Below are positions 19,228 to 43,500 of a DNA stretch of 64,000 bases, piece by piece; the first letter of the stretch is position 1, and each line of letters starts with the position of its first letter. The notes below the pieces were generated by a model that saw only the letters and a list, made by a program, of their open reading frames with translations, ran no database searches and was not told where the DNA came from. This stretch comes from the human T2T-CHM13v2.0 reference genome, Homo sapiens, in NCBI RefSeq assembly GCF_009914755.1, contig NC_060941.1; one strand, 5' to 3'. The position numbers and the translations under genes were made by a program.

Positions 19228-19292
19228 TTGAGTCAAGCTGACAGGTGATTTGAGTCAAGCTGTCAGGTGATTTGAGTCAAGCTGTCAGGTGA
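19228..19292 (+). repeat. Tandem repeat, 3 x 22 bp TTGAGTCAAGCTG(A/T)CAGGTGAT
   Basis: Units start at 19228, 19250 and 19272, with one substitution between units; the third is 1 nt short. Confidence 0.97.
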
Positions 19293-20499
19293 GGAACCAA
19301 GAACTGGAACCAAGCACTTGTCCCGACCAAAAAGAGTCAGCCACTACCCAGCTTTTCAGGGAGCGTTTTATATGAAATCTGCTGGCAACTAATTTAAATT
19401 CTCTTAAAAACTGTTGAGGTTCAACAGTCAAGGACTGGATCCAGCCTATGCACTGCTAATTTGCAGATCCATTTTGAATAAACAGTTGTCTCAAGCCAAA
19501 ACAAAAACAATTCTCAGCATCTATTTTCTTAGATCAATAAAAGCTTAACCTGTGCTGGCAAGGCTCCTGTTCCCTGCCTGAGGCATCCCTATTCGGCTCT
19601 TTTCAGATGCTTTTAGTCCAACAAGAGGGCGTATGTTTCTAATACTTTGTTTTCTAAACAGGTTATTTCGTATTACTGTTTGCATTGAATATCTTGAAAA
19701 TGTTTGCTAGTTTTTAAGAGCATCTGAAAACCATTGAGGTAACTTATTTAAATGGTCCAATCTAATACCAGGCGGGAGTTAGAAAAACAAAAGTGTGTTT
19801 ACCACTGCTTTTCCAAGGAAGAGGAAATGCAGAATGGGCAACGCTGGATAACTGGGCTAAAGAATAAAGTGCAAGCAAGCTAAAGGATTCTATCACAACT
19901 GCCAAACAGGAAGAATCTTCCCAGCTGGGAAAGCCATCTGCAAGCAATAGCAATGAACACGGGATGGAATCAGTCACAGAAAAGGAATAATGCAGAGTAG
20001 TTGAGAGGAAGATAACTTTTCTGTTAGACAATCCTCACCAAAAAGACGGGGAGGGGGAGAACCAGCAAAACCAAAACTTTTCCTTTTTTGCTGACCGCTG
20101 CTATAACAATCAAGCTTTAGCGGACAGTTAATCCAGGTGGCTCCACCAATACATCTTCTCCCAAATTTCTAGTGGCTGAACAGCTTCTAGTGGTTTCCAC
20201 TAGCTGAAACTGCTTCCCAGATGCAAAAACTGCAACTTGAACATGAAACACGGAAACTACTCCAATCTCATCTTCTAGAAATCAGTTATTCAAATGGAGG
20301 TCCCTGTTGGAAGAAACACGCTCCTAGCTCCCTGCCCACACACCATTCATTAGGAAAGGTCACTTTAAAGGACTTCTACGGCAGGAGCGCTTGCACAGAA
20401 CCATCCAAAAGTCTTCAGAATCTTCCCTCGAGGAAGTGGCCGGCTCTGGGCTCGGAAGAGACACATCTGGCGGGAGCTAAAGCTCCCTAGTAAACGTGC

Positions 20500-21700
20500 A
20501 GATCAAACTACCCCTGCCGCGGCCGGCCTGCTCTGTGAAGGCTTCCCCTTCTTTCTCTCTCCGGGGGCCCTGCCTTCCTCTACACGTCTGGGGCCGCGGC
20601 CGAGATGGCCACGCGCGTGCCCAGGCGGGAAGGGTGCTTCAGCAGCCGATCGGCCCGCGGGCAGCTAGGCGGGTCCCTGAGGCCTGCGCTGGGCGCCAGT
20701 TCCTTTCAGCACGGCCCGGCCTCGGGCCCCGCCCCGCATGGCCGCTGCCTACCTTACTCAGCCCGGCTAACGCCCCTTCCCCTAAGCTCTCCGCCGAGGC
20801 CTTCGACCTCGCTCCCACCCGGATCCCGGATCCTCCGGAACTGGAACCCAGTATGCCCGGCGAGGGTAGGGGGAGCGCGGGGAAACCAGGGAAGGAAGGC
20901 TGCTGCAGCCCTCGGAGGCCGCGCTGGGCTCTCCGGCCGCTGAGCCGCCTGCACTGGGGGCAACAAGCCCTTGGATCTCACCTCTCTCGGGCGCTGCCGC
21001 CACTGCTGCCCGGGCCAAGACGCCTCCTTCCCCAAGCGGCCATCTTGGAGACACTCTGCTTGCCAACGTCTCGCGCCAAGGCGGCATCGGGAGAGCAGGC
21101 GGGCCGACGGGAAGTGTAGTCCGGCCTGCGGTCCGGGGCCGCTCGGCAGGCGGAAGCCAGACCCGGCGGAACTACCGTGCCCACAAGGCAGCGCGCCGGA
21201 AGCCCCGCCCCCGGGGTCGCCGGGGCCCGTAGTCCTTCTGCGAGGGCGCGAGGACTCCAGGAGCCGTCCTGGTTCGAGCATTTCTGAAGAAACTGAGTTC
21301 CCGGCGTTCGCAGCCTGGGAGTCACAGGCGCCCACCCACCGGTAGGTCCTTGAGTTTCGAGAGCCAGTAGCTGAAGGAGAGAGGAGAGGCAAGTGCCTAC
21401 AACTCCCAGAGCACCGCGCGGAGGCGCCCGGCCGCGCTGTCCTGGCCGCCAGGCTGCCTCTCCCGCTGGGGGCCGCCGCGCTGTCTGCGGGCCACTAGCG
21501 CCGGGCCCCTCCGCGTCGCCACGCCTGCCCTTCACAGCCTTGGCCCATAAGGTCACCGAGGGGCGGGAGGCGCCGCCCGGGCCCTCCTTGGAGGCGGGCG
21601 CTGCTCCCGCACCATCCTCCCCCAGTTCTCTTAGACTCCGGGGTACTTTGGAGGCCGAGACAGACACGCTGTCCCTGCTGCCACGGAGGTCCCTGCTTGC
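20500..21700. promoter_or_regulatory. CpG island and likely bidirectional promoter of TMEM11
   Basis: Dense CpG. YY1 motif over the start codon (21036-21048), several ACTACA/ZNF143-type motifs, GC box at 21203-21211, ETS-like CCGGAAG at 21196-21202. Confidence 0.9.
20982..21043 (-). CDS. TMEM11: TMEM11 coding exon 1 (62 nt: MAAWGRRRLGPGSSGGSARE + AG)
   Basis: ATG at 21043 in context AAGATGG. Donor GAG|GTGAGA. The phase-2 junction joins exon 2 to give 579 nt (192 aa + stop), matching the TMEM11 sequence I recall. Lies in a CpG island. Confidence 0.97.
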
Positions 21701-22518
21701 AGGTGCAGGCTGTTAGAGGAGAGGGTCTGAAAACAAGAAAGGGGAATAGCTGTATGATAACTGCTTGAAGGCGAGAGGGCCCAGCGACAGCTCTGTTTTA
21801 GACAGGGCCTCCAGGCCTCTTAGACTCAGTCCCTGCCACGCACCCACTCCTGCCCTGGCCGCTGCGACGGCATAATCTCGGGATCTTTGAAGGCAGATGC
21901 GGGGCTAAACCATCCCACCTGACGGGAACCCTGCCACAGGACCCGACATATCCCTGTCTGGACACTGCTGTAACGAGTCAAAGTCAGGAAGGACTAACTG
22001 GAGCCCAGAGATTCCCAGGTGCTGCTGCCTCAGACCTGTGGACTCTTTGGAGGATCTCTTACAGTTTGTGAACTTCTCAGTTCCTCTACTGCTCCCACAG
22101 ACAACGTTGCTAAACATATTAATTGGTCCCATAAATACTTGAGCAAAACAAATGCGAAAATCTGTCCCGAATTCAGCCTAGAAGAAGCCCAGCCCTGCGC
22201 GTCACACTTCTGTGTAGTGGAACCCCCCTTCCCACCCCGCCGCAGGCCACAGCAGGAGGGCCAGCAGACGGAAAGGCGACCCTCTCATTGTTGAGGATTC
22301 CTTTCGATTTCCTTCCAGCTGACATTCTACCACAGTTTTAGCTGCTTGCAATCCTCTCACCGTCCCTCATCACCTACAGTGTGTGATTCAAATTCCTTAG
22401 CACAATCAAGAAGCCCCTCCTTAGTTTGGAAGTTGCCTAGCTCTCCAAATTCAACTGCCTACCTTTCCCGTCTGGAACTTGCCAGGCTAGTAAATTCAGA
22501 GGGTTTGCAGATACGTAG

Positions 22519-24660
<2,142 letters not shown>

Positions 24661-25439
24661 ACCCGACTGTATCAAAAGGTAACATTTGAGTGGGACTTGA
24701 AAGAGTGTGCATGTGAAGGACTGAAGACAGAATGTTCTGTGCAGAGCGAATTAATGCAATGGCTTTGCAGTGCAGATGGGCCTGGGGTGGTCCAATAAGG
24801 TTAGGACCAAGGTGGCTGGAGCATCATGAGACAAGCGTGGTACTTAGCTTGCCTTTGGTTAAGTCACTTTCTCTATTTGAATTTCAGTTTCTCACCTGTA
24901 AAATATGAGTAATTTTATCTGTATTAGCCAGTGTGTAATTAGAGGAAAAACCATTTAATACAGGGTATTGTTTACAAAGGTGTTGGAAGGGCATGAGAAA
25001 CAAGGGGAGAACAAGGGCACCCAAAGCCTGACCCCCACAAGGCTAGAGGAGCAACAGGAAAATTCGTTTCCAGAGACTGATTCCTCAGCTGCTGAGCAGG
25101 AGCCTGGAGCCACACTTGCTGCCTGGTACTACTGACACACAACTGGAACCACCGCTGTGGCCTGGGGTGCCACCAGAAGCCAGAGATTAGAATTGCTTTC
25201 CCCATCTCATATCTTCCAAACTCCCACCAGTGCCTCCCACTGGCTGAGTCAGATGACAAGGGAGTCTGGGAAATGTAGTTGTTTGGCTTCCAGCCCTGAC
25301 CATGGAGAGTATAGAAAGGCAGGTGTAGGGGAGAAAATAGATGCCATTCACACAGCGCCTATCTTGCAGGGCTGTTTTGAGGAGTAAAAACTCAGCCTAT
25401 TTTTATTCCTCATAGCATGTAGTAGCATTCAGGGAAAGG

Positions 25440-27882
<2,443 letters not shown>

Positions 27883-28324
27883 GTGAAGCCTCAGCCTCAG
27901 CATACAGTGAGGCAGTGTGTGTGTGCAGTGAATCGAAGTTCCAGTCATCATTACTTCATTTCAGGGCTCCACACTGCCATCTGGGCATCCCCAGGCCTCT
28001 CTGGACTGGCCCTGCCCCACCCTCATGGAGGTAGCCTTTACCTGGCAGGCACCTCAGAGGCTGGTCCTATATGTCACATCATTGAGATAAAAAGAAATCC
28101 AAGGCTGGAAGCAGTGACAAATGGTGTGGACTTGGTGGAAGTTGCCCAGGGAGATGGATGAGAATGGTGACATCACACATAGCACGGCTTTTTCTCCAAA
28201 ATCCCAGGACTTACCACAGTGGCCACACTCTGTCTCTCACCTGTTCACTTTCTTCTGCTCGCTCGCTCTCTCTCAGCCTCCCCTGTCCCACCTTTTCCAT
28301 ACGCGAAGACTCTCCCCCAGCACC

Positions 28325-28740
28325 CCTGTGGTGGTTTAAAAGCATGGCAGCAAACTCCTCGGCATTCCTTCCTTCAGGGTGGTGCCTAAGTCCCCTCCCA
28401 GGGAATCTGAGTGGGCCTATAACTGCTTCAGTCAGCAGGGTGTAGAGGAAGTGATGCTGAATGACTTTTAAGGTTGGCTCCTAAAAGGCCATAGAGGCTC
28501 TGTCACTGGAGCTCCCTGTGCTGTGATGGAAGTCTGAAGTCTTAATGCTGAAGAAGCCCAAGCCATGTGGAGAGGCCAGGTGTCAAAGCTCTAGTGAGCA
28601 TCACAGCTGAGCAGGGACAGGGCCCTCTGCTTCTTGTGGAGCCCTCTCTAGATTCCCCACACACAGAATCCACAAGCAGAATGAAGTGGCTGTGATTTGA
28701 TGCCCCTGGTTTCCTTGTTATGCAGCAGTAGATCACTGAA
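28325..28740 (+). mobile_element. MLT1-type MaLR solo LTR
   Basis: tgtggtggtttaaaa start, aagcccaagccatgtggagaggcc, ttgttatgcagcagtagatcactga end. Confidence 0.7.
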
Positions 28741-29994
28741 ATCAACCCCCTTCTAAAGGCCTCTCTGCAGACATTCTCCACTTGGTGAGACCAAAGCTAG
28801 CCTAACAGGGCTCAGCAGCAGAGAAGCCCAGCCATTGGCCAAAAAAGCCACTGGCTACCATGCAGCCAGGATGTCCTTGGGGAGCCTTGATCTATCCCAC
28901 CACATCAACATTTCCACCTCAGACATGGGAAAGGCACCAAGGTGTGAGCATGGGCAGTACTCCTAGGGAACCCCAAGCACACCCCATTGCCCCAAGATGC
29001 AAATGGAACTCCTCACTGGTCCCATAGTTTTACAATGTGAGTCTAGGAAAGCACAGATGAGCCCTCTTTTATGTTAGTGTCCGCCTTGGCGGAGAATGGA
29101 AACAGCAAGAATGCTGAGCTTGTGGTGCAGACTTGGAGATGCATTTGTCACTAGAACCTTAGCGCGTGCTTGTACAACCCTGGTGGTGGAGAGATGAATG
29201 GACGAGGCCCCTCCTTTCCATAGCTCATGTGGCCAGCCCCTCATCTAAGGCAGGGGCCAAAACAGAGCAGGAATGTGGAAGGGTGGCCAGCTGTCCTGGC
29301 TTGCCTGGGCCTGAGGGGAGTCCCAGGGCATGGGATTTTTAGTTTTAATATTGGGAGAGTTTTGGGCAAACTGGGCCAAGTTGGTCACATGAGGGTGTGG
29401 CAAGCAAGGCAAAGATGGTTTGATCATTGCAGCCCCTCACTTCCCATAGCTCACTGCAGAGCCTGTGTCATCCTGACAACAACGATGTGGAAGGTGAGAC
29501 ATCTGGCAGCATTTTGACTTCATGAACTGGGAAACGCACATGGGTGGAGGCGCCTGCCCACGCTGCCCAGTGTCTCATGGTGGCCACAAGAGGCTGCGGC
29601 TCCTGTTGCTCAAACAGGGCCCTGTTCTTGTCCAGCATTTCCACAGCAAGGCCCCTGCTCACACCAGACACTTCCAGGGAACCCTTGGCCAGATGACAGC
29701 AGTTGCTCTGGTAGTTAACGTTATGGGAAACAGATTCTAGGAAGCGCCCATGCATCGCATCACACTTTTTCATCTCTCCTTCTGTCCATCCTTCTGCCCA
29801 CTCCTAGTTAGGGCATGTGTGCTCCAGGCTGGGAGCCAGGGCAGCCTCATGGGTCAGCCCCATCCGCAAGGAACCCATGTCTGGGGAGACAGGCATTCAA
29901 GAATGAGATATTTTCAGGTGAGTGCTAGGCAGGCGATATCACTGAACATACTTAGGGGTGAGTGGGGAAGGAGGTCTACCTAGGTAAGGAGGTA

Positions 29995-30330
29995 TGTGAG
30001 TCTGTCCTAGCCAAATACCACAGACTGGGTGGTTGAAACAACACAGTTCCTGCTCACAGTTCTGCAGGCTGAAGTGCAAGATCAAGGTGCTGGCAGATCC
30101 CGTTCCGGCTGAAGGCAGATGTCTGCCTTCTTGTGTCCCCACATGGCTGAGAGACACAGAGAGTTCTCTCCTTATAAGCATACCCTTTCTGTCAGATTAA
30201 GATGCCACCCTGTGGCCTCATTGCACCTTCGTTGCCTCCTAAAAGCCCCGTTTCCAAGTACAGTCCCATTCTGAGGTCCTGGGAGTTAGGTCCTTAACAC
30301 AGGAATTCTAGGCGGACACAATTCAGTCCC
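29995..30330 (-). mobile_element. MLT1/MST-type MaLR LTR
   Basis: aaataccacagactgggtgg...ctcacagttctgcaggctg...aagatcaaggtgctggcagat. Confidence 0.75.
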
Positions 30331-30849
30331 TAGCACCCCCGTTCCCAGTTGGATCAAGGCCTCAAAATGAAGACAGGCTTGTCTCACCTCACCTGTCCCT
30401 CTTCTGAGAAGCTGCAAGACTGAGAGGGAGCTGGAGATAATAGGTTGATTTGGGACAAGGACACTACAGGGTGAGGACATGGCTCTGTGTCCCAAGGTTT
30501 TGGGGCAGCAGACTGGTGGAGGACCATGCTCAAGGGTTCTGAAGGGGAGCAGCTTCCTTGGCAGCCCGAGGCCCAAGACACAGAGGGCAGAGCACACAGA
30601 TACGAGCTGGGGCTGGATACATTGCTGACTCTGGGTGGAAGGCGATGGAAATGAGGGTCTGACGCTGTGTTCAATCCTGTCCCACCCTATGTGATGGCTG
30701 GAGGGACAAGGGAACCCCAGTAGGATGATGGATTCCTAGGGGTTGCAAAAGGAATGGGCAGGGCCAGCCATCACTGAGACAGCACCCAGGCGGTCTCGTA
30801 GGTTTTGCTTAGAGACTGTGTGCTCCACTTGCCATTGCCAGGAGAGGCA

Positions 30850-31280
30850 TCCACCCAGGCGTCCATGAATACATGGATACACACAAGGAGGTGCAGCCAC
30901 ATGATACAATGTGATTCAGCTAAAGGAGAGTGGAGCTCCGGTCCATGGACCTTGCGGAGGCACCTTGAGAACATTGTTCCGGGTGAAAGAAGCCAGACAC
31001 AAAATAAAATATTGTATGGTTACAACAATGTGGAAATGTCCAGAACAGGCACATCCACAGAGACAGAAACCAGATGTGTTACTGCCAGGGGCTGGGGGCA
31101 GGAGGGAAAATGGGGATGGCTTCTCGGGGGAATGAGGTTTCTTTTGGGAGATGAGAATGTTTTGGAAGTAGATAGAGGCGATGGCTGTGCCACATTGTGG
31201 ATGCACCAAATGCAACTGAATTGTACTCTGAAATGATTAATTGTACATTGTGTGAATTTCACCTAAATTTAAAGAAAAAG
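30850..31280 (+). mobile_element. L1M (MB/MC-like) 3' end
   Basis: gtgaaagaagccagacacaaaa and gatgagaatgttttggaagtagatag. Confidence 0.8.
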
Positions 31281-31519
31281 GTGACCATGAGAGCAAAATC
31301 TGTCCCAGCCATGGAAACCCCCGGGCTCACCTGGGTACACTTAAACCGAACTCTCTGGCCCCTTGCTGGTCTACCTCCCCAGCCCAGACCAACAAATAGC
31401 AGGTCCTGGAGATATCTGGGCAGCATCCACACATCATTTCCATAGAGCACATGCCAGGGGCCCTGGCATGAGCGGGACAGAGATGAGGGAGACCACCGCA
31501 GAGAGCCACAGGATAGATA

Positions 31520-33270
<1,751 letters not shown>

Positions 33271-33599
33271 GATCCTGAAACCCAGGGACTCCTAGAAACT
33301 TCTCTCCAATTCTTTAGAGAGAACGCTGCAGCTCGGAGGGGCCTCGGGGGGATCTGGTGTGACTTTTCCCATTTCCACAGAGGAAACCCAGCGAAGCCTA
33401 GGGAGGTCCTAAGATGACCCTGGGGCCCCAGTGTAAGCTTGCAGCGGAGCCAGGACCAAATGCCTGTCCCACCAGCCCTCGCCTCCCTGCTAGGGCCCAA
33501 GGCGTCTCTGCTCTTCCGGATGGAGAAAGAAGCTGCCTTTTGAGGCTGCATCTCATCTTGTGGTTTGGGGTTGGAGTTGGGAGAGAATGCCTGAGAAAA

Positions 33600-35912
<2,313 letters not shown>

Positions 35913-36224
35913 CTATCTATAGAGTGGGCCAGTGCCTGTCAGGTCACTGTATCCTCCCAGCAAACTCCTATCCTTATTTGTTCTGGAATGTTCTCAGTGG
36001 TGTCTGGTGGAATTGCTCTCCTAGGTATAAGCTCAGATTGGGTTTCTGCCCATCCTGGGGTCAGCTGAGACAGGGTAGTGTGTGTTGTAGGGAGAAGCAC
36101 TGAGCTGCCCTCTGACATCCTTCGGCTACAGGGACCAAAACGAGTTTAGGAAGGGTGTGATCTGATACGTTTATTCTTTTTTTTTTTTAATTTTCATTTT
36201 TCTTTTTTTTCCCCTCTTTTTTTT

Positions 36225-36519
36225 AGAGACGGGGTCTCGTGTTGCTCAGGTTAGAGTTCAGTGGCTATTCACAGGCATGATCTCACTGCTAATCAGCATG
36301 GGAGTTTTGACCTGCTCCGTTTCCAGCAGAGGCTGGTTCACCTCTCCTTAGTCAACCTAGTGGTCCCCTGCTCCCAGGAGGCCACCATGTTGGTGCTGAA
36401 CTTAGTGTGAACACCTGATTGGCATAGCACACTACAGCCCAGAACTCCTGGGCTCAAGTGATCCTCCCGCCTCAGCCTCCCGAGTGACTGGATTACAGGT
36501 GTGCCCCACGACACCCAGC
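36225..36519 (-). pseudogene. Full-length 7SL (SRP RNA) retropseudogene with A-rich tail
   Basis: Alu-domain ends flank the S domain (gggagttttgacctgctccgtttcc, tggtgctgaacttagtg). T-rich tract at 36172-36224 is the tail. Many substitutions. Confidence 0.92.
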
Positions 36520-36885
36520 TAACCATTTTTTAATGAAAAAAAAGTGTAGTTTTCTCCATTTTTTTCATTCAAAAATCTTTCTTTCAGCTAATACTTATAA
36601 GCACCTGCTTTGTGCTAGGCTTATTTGTGCAGTAAATTCTTTTTTTTTTTTTTTTGAGACAGAGTCTTGCTCTGTCGCCCAGGCTGGAGTGAGGAAGCCC
36701 TAATATATAATCTTCAGTCAACTGTTAATCTGGAAGCCTCACCACATTGCTTTTTGGATTAGCAGAATGCCATCCTGGGGAATCCCAGCAGAAAGGAAGA
36801 AAGGAGCACTGTCAGTCTTACTGGTCACCCCTGGCCAAGGCCCAGTCATGACCCTTCCTTCCATCTCCATTTGATCCCATCATAA

Positions 36886-38210
<1,325 letters not shown>

Positions 38211-38789
38211 TTAGAAAAGGAAGCTCTGTGCAGCCACCTAAATGGAACACCTGTATCATGTGCAGGTAACTGCAAAAGTAAATACAATGAAGACCAAAGC
38301 CAAAATATTATAAAATTCCAGATAGACTTGGCTGCCTCCCTACATCTCGGTGCCTGGGCTCTGCATTTGTTGGAGTTAGGGGCGTGCTGGCCTGGAGCTG
38401 AGCCCTACTTCACCTACACAGGTGACTGGAAGATCCTTGAAGAGGGAGGCTCTTTCCCAGCAGGTGAGGGGTGCCATTGAACTTGGGGCTTTGCTCTATC
38501 TAGGAAGGCCTGCCAGCCGGCGTGCCTCTGAAGAAATGCTCACCTGTGAGCAGGGAGCGCTCCCTAAACGCTAGTGGTGGGATTCTCCCTCTCTCCACTG
38601 GGCCTCAAAACACAGGCTCTTTGTTCACATGGCTGGAGACTGCCGAGGGTTTGGCTGCTGCTCAGGACCGCCTGGATTCCTCACAGAGAGTGGCAAGGAG
38701 GCATCAGGATACACCAGGAAATTCCCAGAACCATAAGGTGGGAGACCCAGGTTTGAGTCCTGCCTTTGGCACCAAGCCAGCTGGGGGAC

Positions 38790-39720
38790 TTTATTATTCA
38801 TGCAGTCTACAAATATTTATTGAGCATTTCCTGTGTGCCTGATACTGTGCCAGGGCTGGGCTTTGGCAGTAAACAAGATGGAAATGAAATTGCTTTGGCA
38901 ATTTGGCAGTCTGGCAATTTGGCAATGAACAAGATGGAAATCAAACCCCTTGCCCTAGTGGGGCTTTTATTGAAGTGACAGGAGATAGTCAGCAAACAAG
39001 GAAACAAGTAGGAAACTTCCAAGTAGTGATATGGGATCAGAATAAGATGGGGTAATAGGATAGAGTGCCTAGGGAGCCAGCATTAGATGGGGAGGTCAGG
39101 GAAGGCAGTGTCTGGAATATGGGTGTGATGCCTGGAGACATAGCAGCCATTTTGTGACCATGAGGCAAGAAGCATGAGGACAAAAAACAACATAGCAACG
39201 ATGCTGCAGAGGGAAGTTGAGAAGAGCCTAGGCCTTTGATGACATCATTGCACCACTGCACAAACTCTGGACCTTCATCCTCCAGGCTTCATGATACATG
39301 AGATAAATGAAATGCCCAGTGGGTTAGGCTTTTCTAGCAGCTAAACATGTCTTTAACTAAAACAGACTTAAACGACAAGGAAGAGCAAACTAGGAGAATA
39401 TGTAGAAGAAGAACATTTCAGGTAGAGGGAACACATGTGCAAAGGCCCTGAGGCAGGAATGAGCTTGAAAGAGTTGATGAACATAACGTCAGTGCAGCTG
39501 AAGTGTGATGAAGTGGAGGGACATAGGTAAGCAGAGGCAGCATTGGGGCCCTTGGGTTTTATCCTTCATGCAGTAAATAAGAGGGCATTGGGGACTTTTG
39601 AGCAGGAGAGAGACACGACGTGATTGAGGTTTTAGAAAGCTCTTTCTGGCTGCTGCATGGAGCCCACAGGGGGCAAGACAGCAGTCAGGCCAAAAGGTCA
39701 AGTGAGGAGTGATGGACTCT
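38790..39720 (-). mobile_element. L2 3' region interrupted by an MLT1-like fragment (~39120-39365)
   Basis: caaatatttattgagcatttcctgtgtgcc and gtgcaaaggccctgaggcaggaatgagcttg. Confidence 0.7.
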
Positions 39721-40264
39721 GGCCTGACTCGGCCACAGCAGAGATGGAGTCTGGGGGCCACGCATATAATACACCACACACACCTCAATACACCCCCTTC
39801 TGCCCAGGCAGACCCAGGTTCCAGTCCTGACCCTGCCACTTGTCAGCTCTCAAACCTACCCATTTTCTCTCTCCTTACTGCCCCAATCATAGTGCAGGAC
39901 GTCATCGTCTCTCACCTAGCATCTGCCACGGCCTTCTAATCTGCCTTCCTACCTCTAGCCTTCATCCCTCCCATCCTTTTTCCACATCCCAGCCACAGTT
40001 ATATATTTTTTCTTTTCTCTTTTTTTTTTTTTTTTCCAGATAGAGGTTCACTGTGTCACCCAGGCTGGTCTCCAACTCCTGGGCCCAAGTAATCCTCCCA
40101 CCTCAGCCTCCCAAAGTGTTGGCATTACAGGCGAGAGCCACTGTGCCTGGCCTAGCCACAATAATTCTTTTAAAACAATAAATGTAACCATACTGCTTCT
40201 CTGCTTAGAATCTTCTAGTGGAGCCTCAGCGTCAAGTCTAGATCCCTGGCCATGGCCTGTGTGT

Positions 40265-42445
<2,181 letters not shown>

Positions 42446-42619
42446 TCAGGGCTGTCCATCATCCAGCCATCCCACCTCTCCAGTCTCATCCCTTGACCTT
42501 CCCCCTGCCAGCCTCACTCATCTTCATTCGATTCCTCAAGGATGGCATGACTCTCTCATCTCTAGGTCTTTGCTCATGTTGGTTAGTCCACCTGGAGCCC
42601 TCTCTCCCTCACTGTTCTA

Positions 42620-43500
42620 GCCATTCACCCAGCCAGCCAGCCATCCACTCATCCACCAAACCATCCACCCACCTACTCATCCAGCCATCCACCCAGCCAT
42701 CCATTCACCCATTCATCCAGTCACCCACCCATCCACCCATCCACCCATCCACCCATCTACCCATCCATCCACCCACCCATCCATCCACCCACCCATCTAT
42801 CCACCCATTCATCCACTCTTCCATCCATCTACCCACTCATCCACCCAGCCATTCATCCACCCACACCCATCCATCCACCCACTCACTCATGCATCCACTC
42901 ACCCATCCACCCACACATCCACTCATTCATCCACCCACCCATCCACCCACTCACTCATCCACCCACACATCCACTCATTCACCCATCCACCCACTCATCC
43001 ACTCAGCCATCCATCCACCCACACCCATCCACTGATTCACCCACTCATCTGCCCACCCATCCATCCACCCACTCATCCACCCGTCCATCTATCCATCCAC
43101 CCACTCATCTATCCACCAATCCATCCATCCACTCATCCATCTGTCCACCCACTCATCCACCCACACCCATCCATCCATCCACCCACTCATCTGCCCACTC
43201 ACCTATCCTTCCATCCATCCACTCATCTACCCATCCATCTATCCACCCAATCATCTACCCACTCACCCATCCACCCTTTAATCCATACACTCCCTCATCT
43301 ACCCATCCATCTATCCACCCACCCATCCACCCAGCCATTCACCCACCCACCCATCCATCCATCCACCCACCCACCATCCACCCACCTATCCACTAATTCA
43401 CCCACCCACTCATCCATTCATTCATCCATTTACCCATCCATCCATCCACCCACCTATCCACACACCCATCCACTAATTCACCCACCCACCCACCCAACAA
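42620..43500 (+). repeat. Degenerate (CCAT/CCAC)n simple repeat, ~880 bp
   Basis: Directly visible. Produces the spurious H/P/T-rich ORF 42493..43035. Confidence 0.97.

Noticed and set aside
19228-19292. CRISPR-like direct repeats
   Set aside because: No spacers, no cas genes, primate DNA. It is a plain tandem repeat.
20496-21716. Multiple 200+ aa ORFs over the TMEM11 CpG island, likewise 59623-60343 at NATD1
   Set aside because: Stop-codon depletion in very GC-rich sequence. Only the spliced exon portions are supported.
36225-36519. Functional SRP RNA gene
   Set aside because: Many substitutions with CpG decay, and a retroposed A-rich tail, indicate a pseudogene.
42493-43035. 180 aa His/Pro/Thr-rich ORF
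   Set aside because: Translation of the CCAT/CCAC simple repeat.
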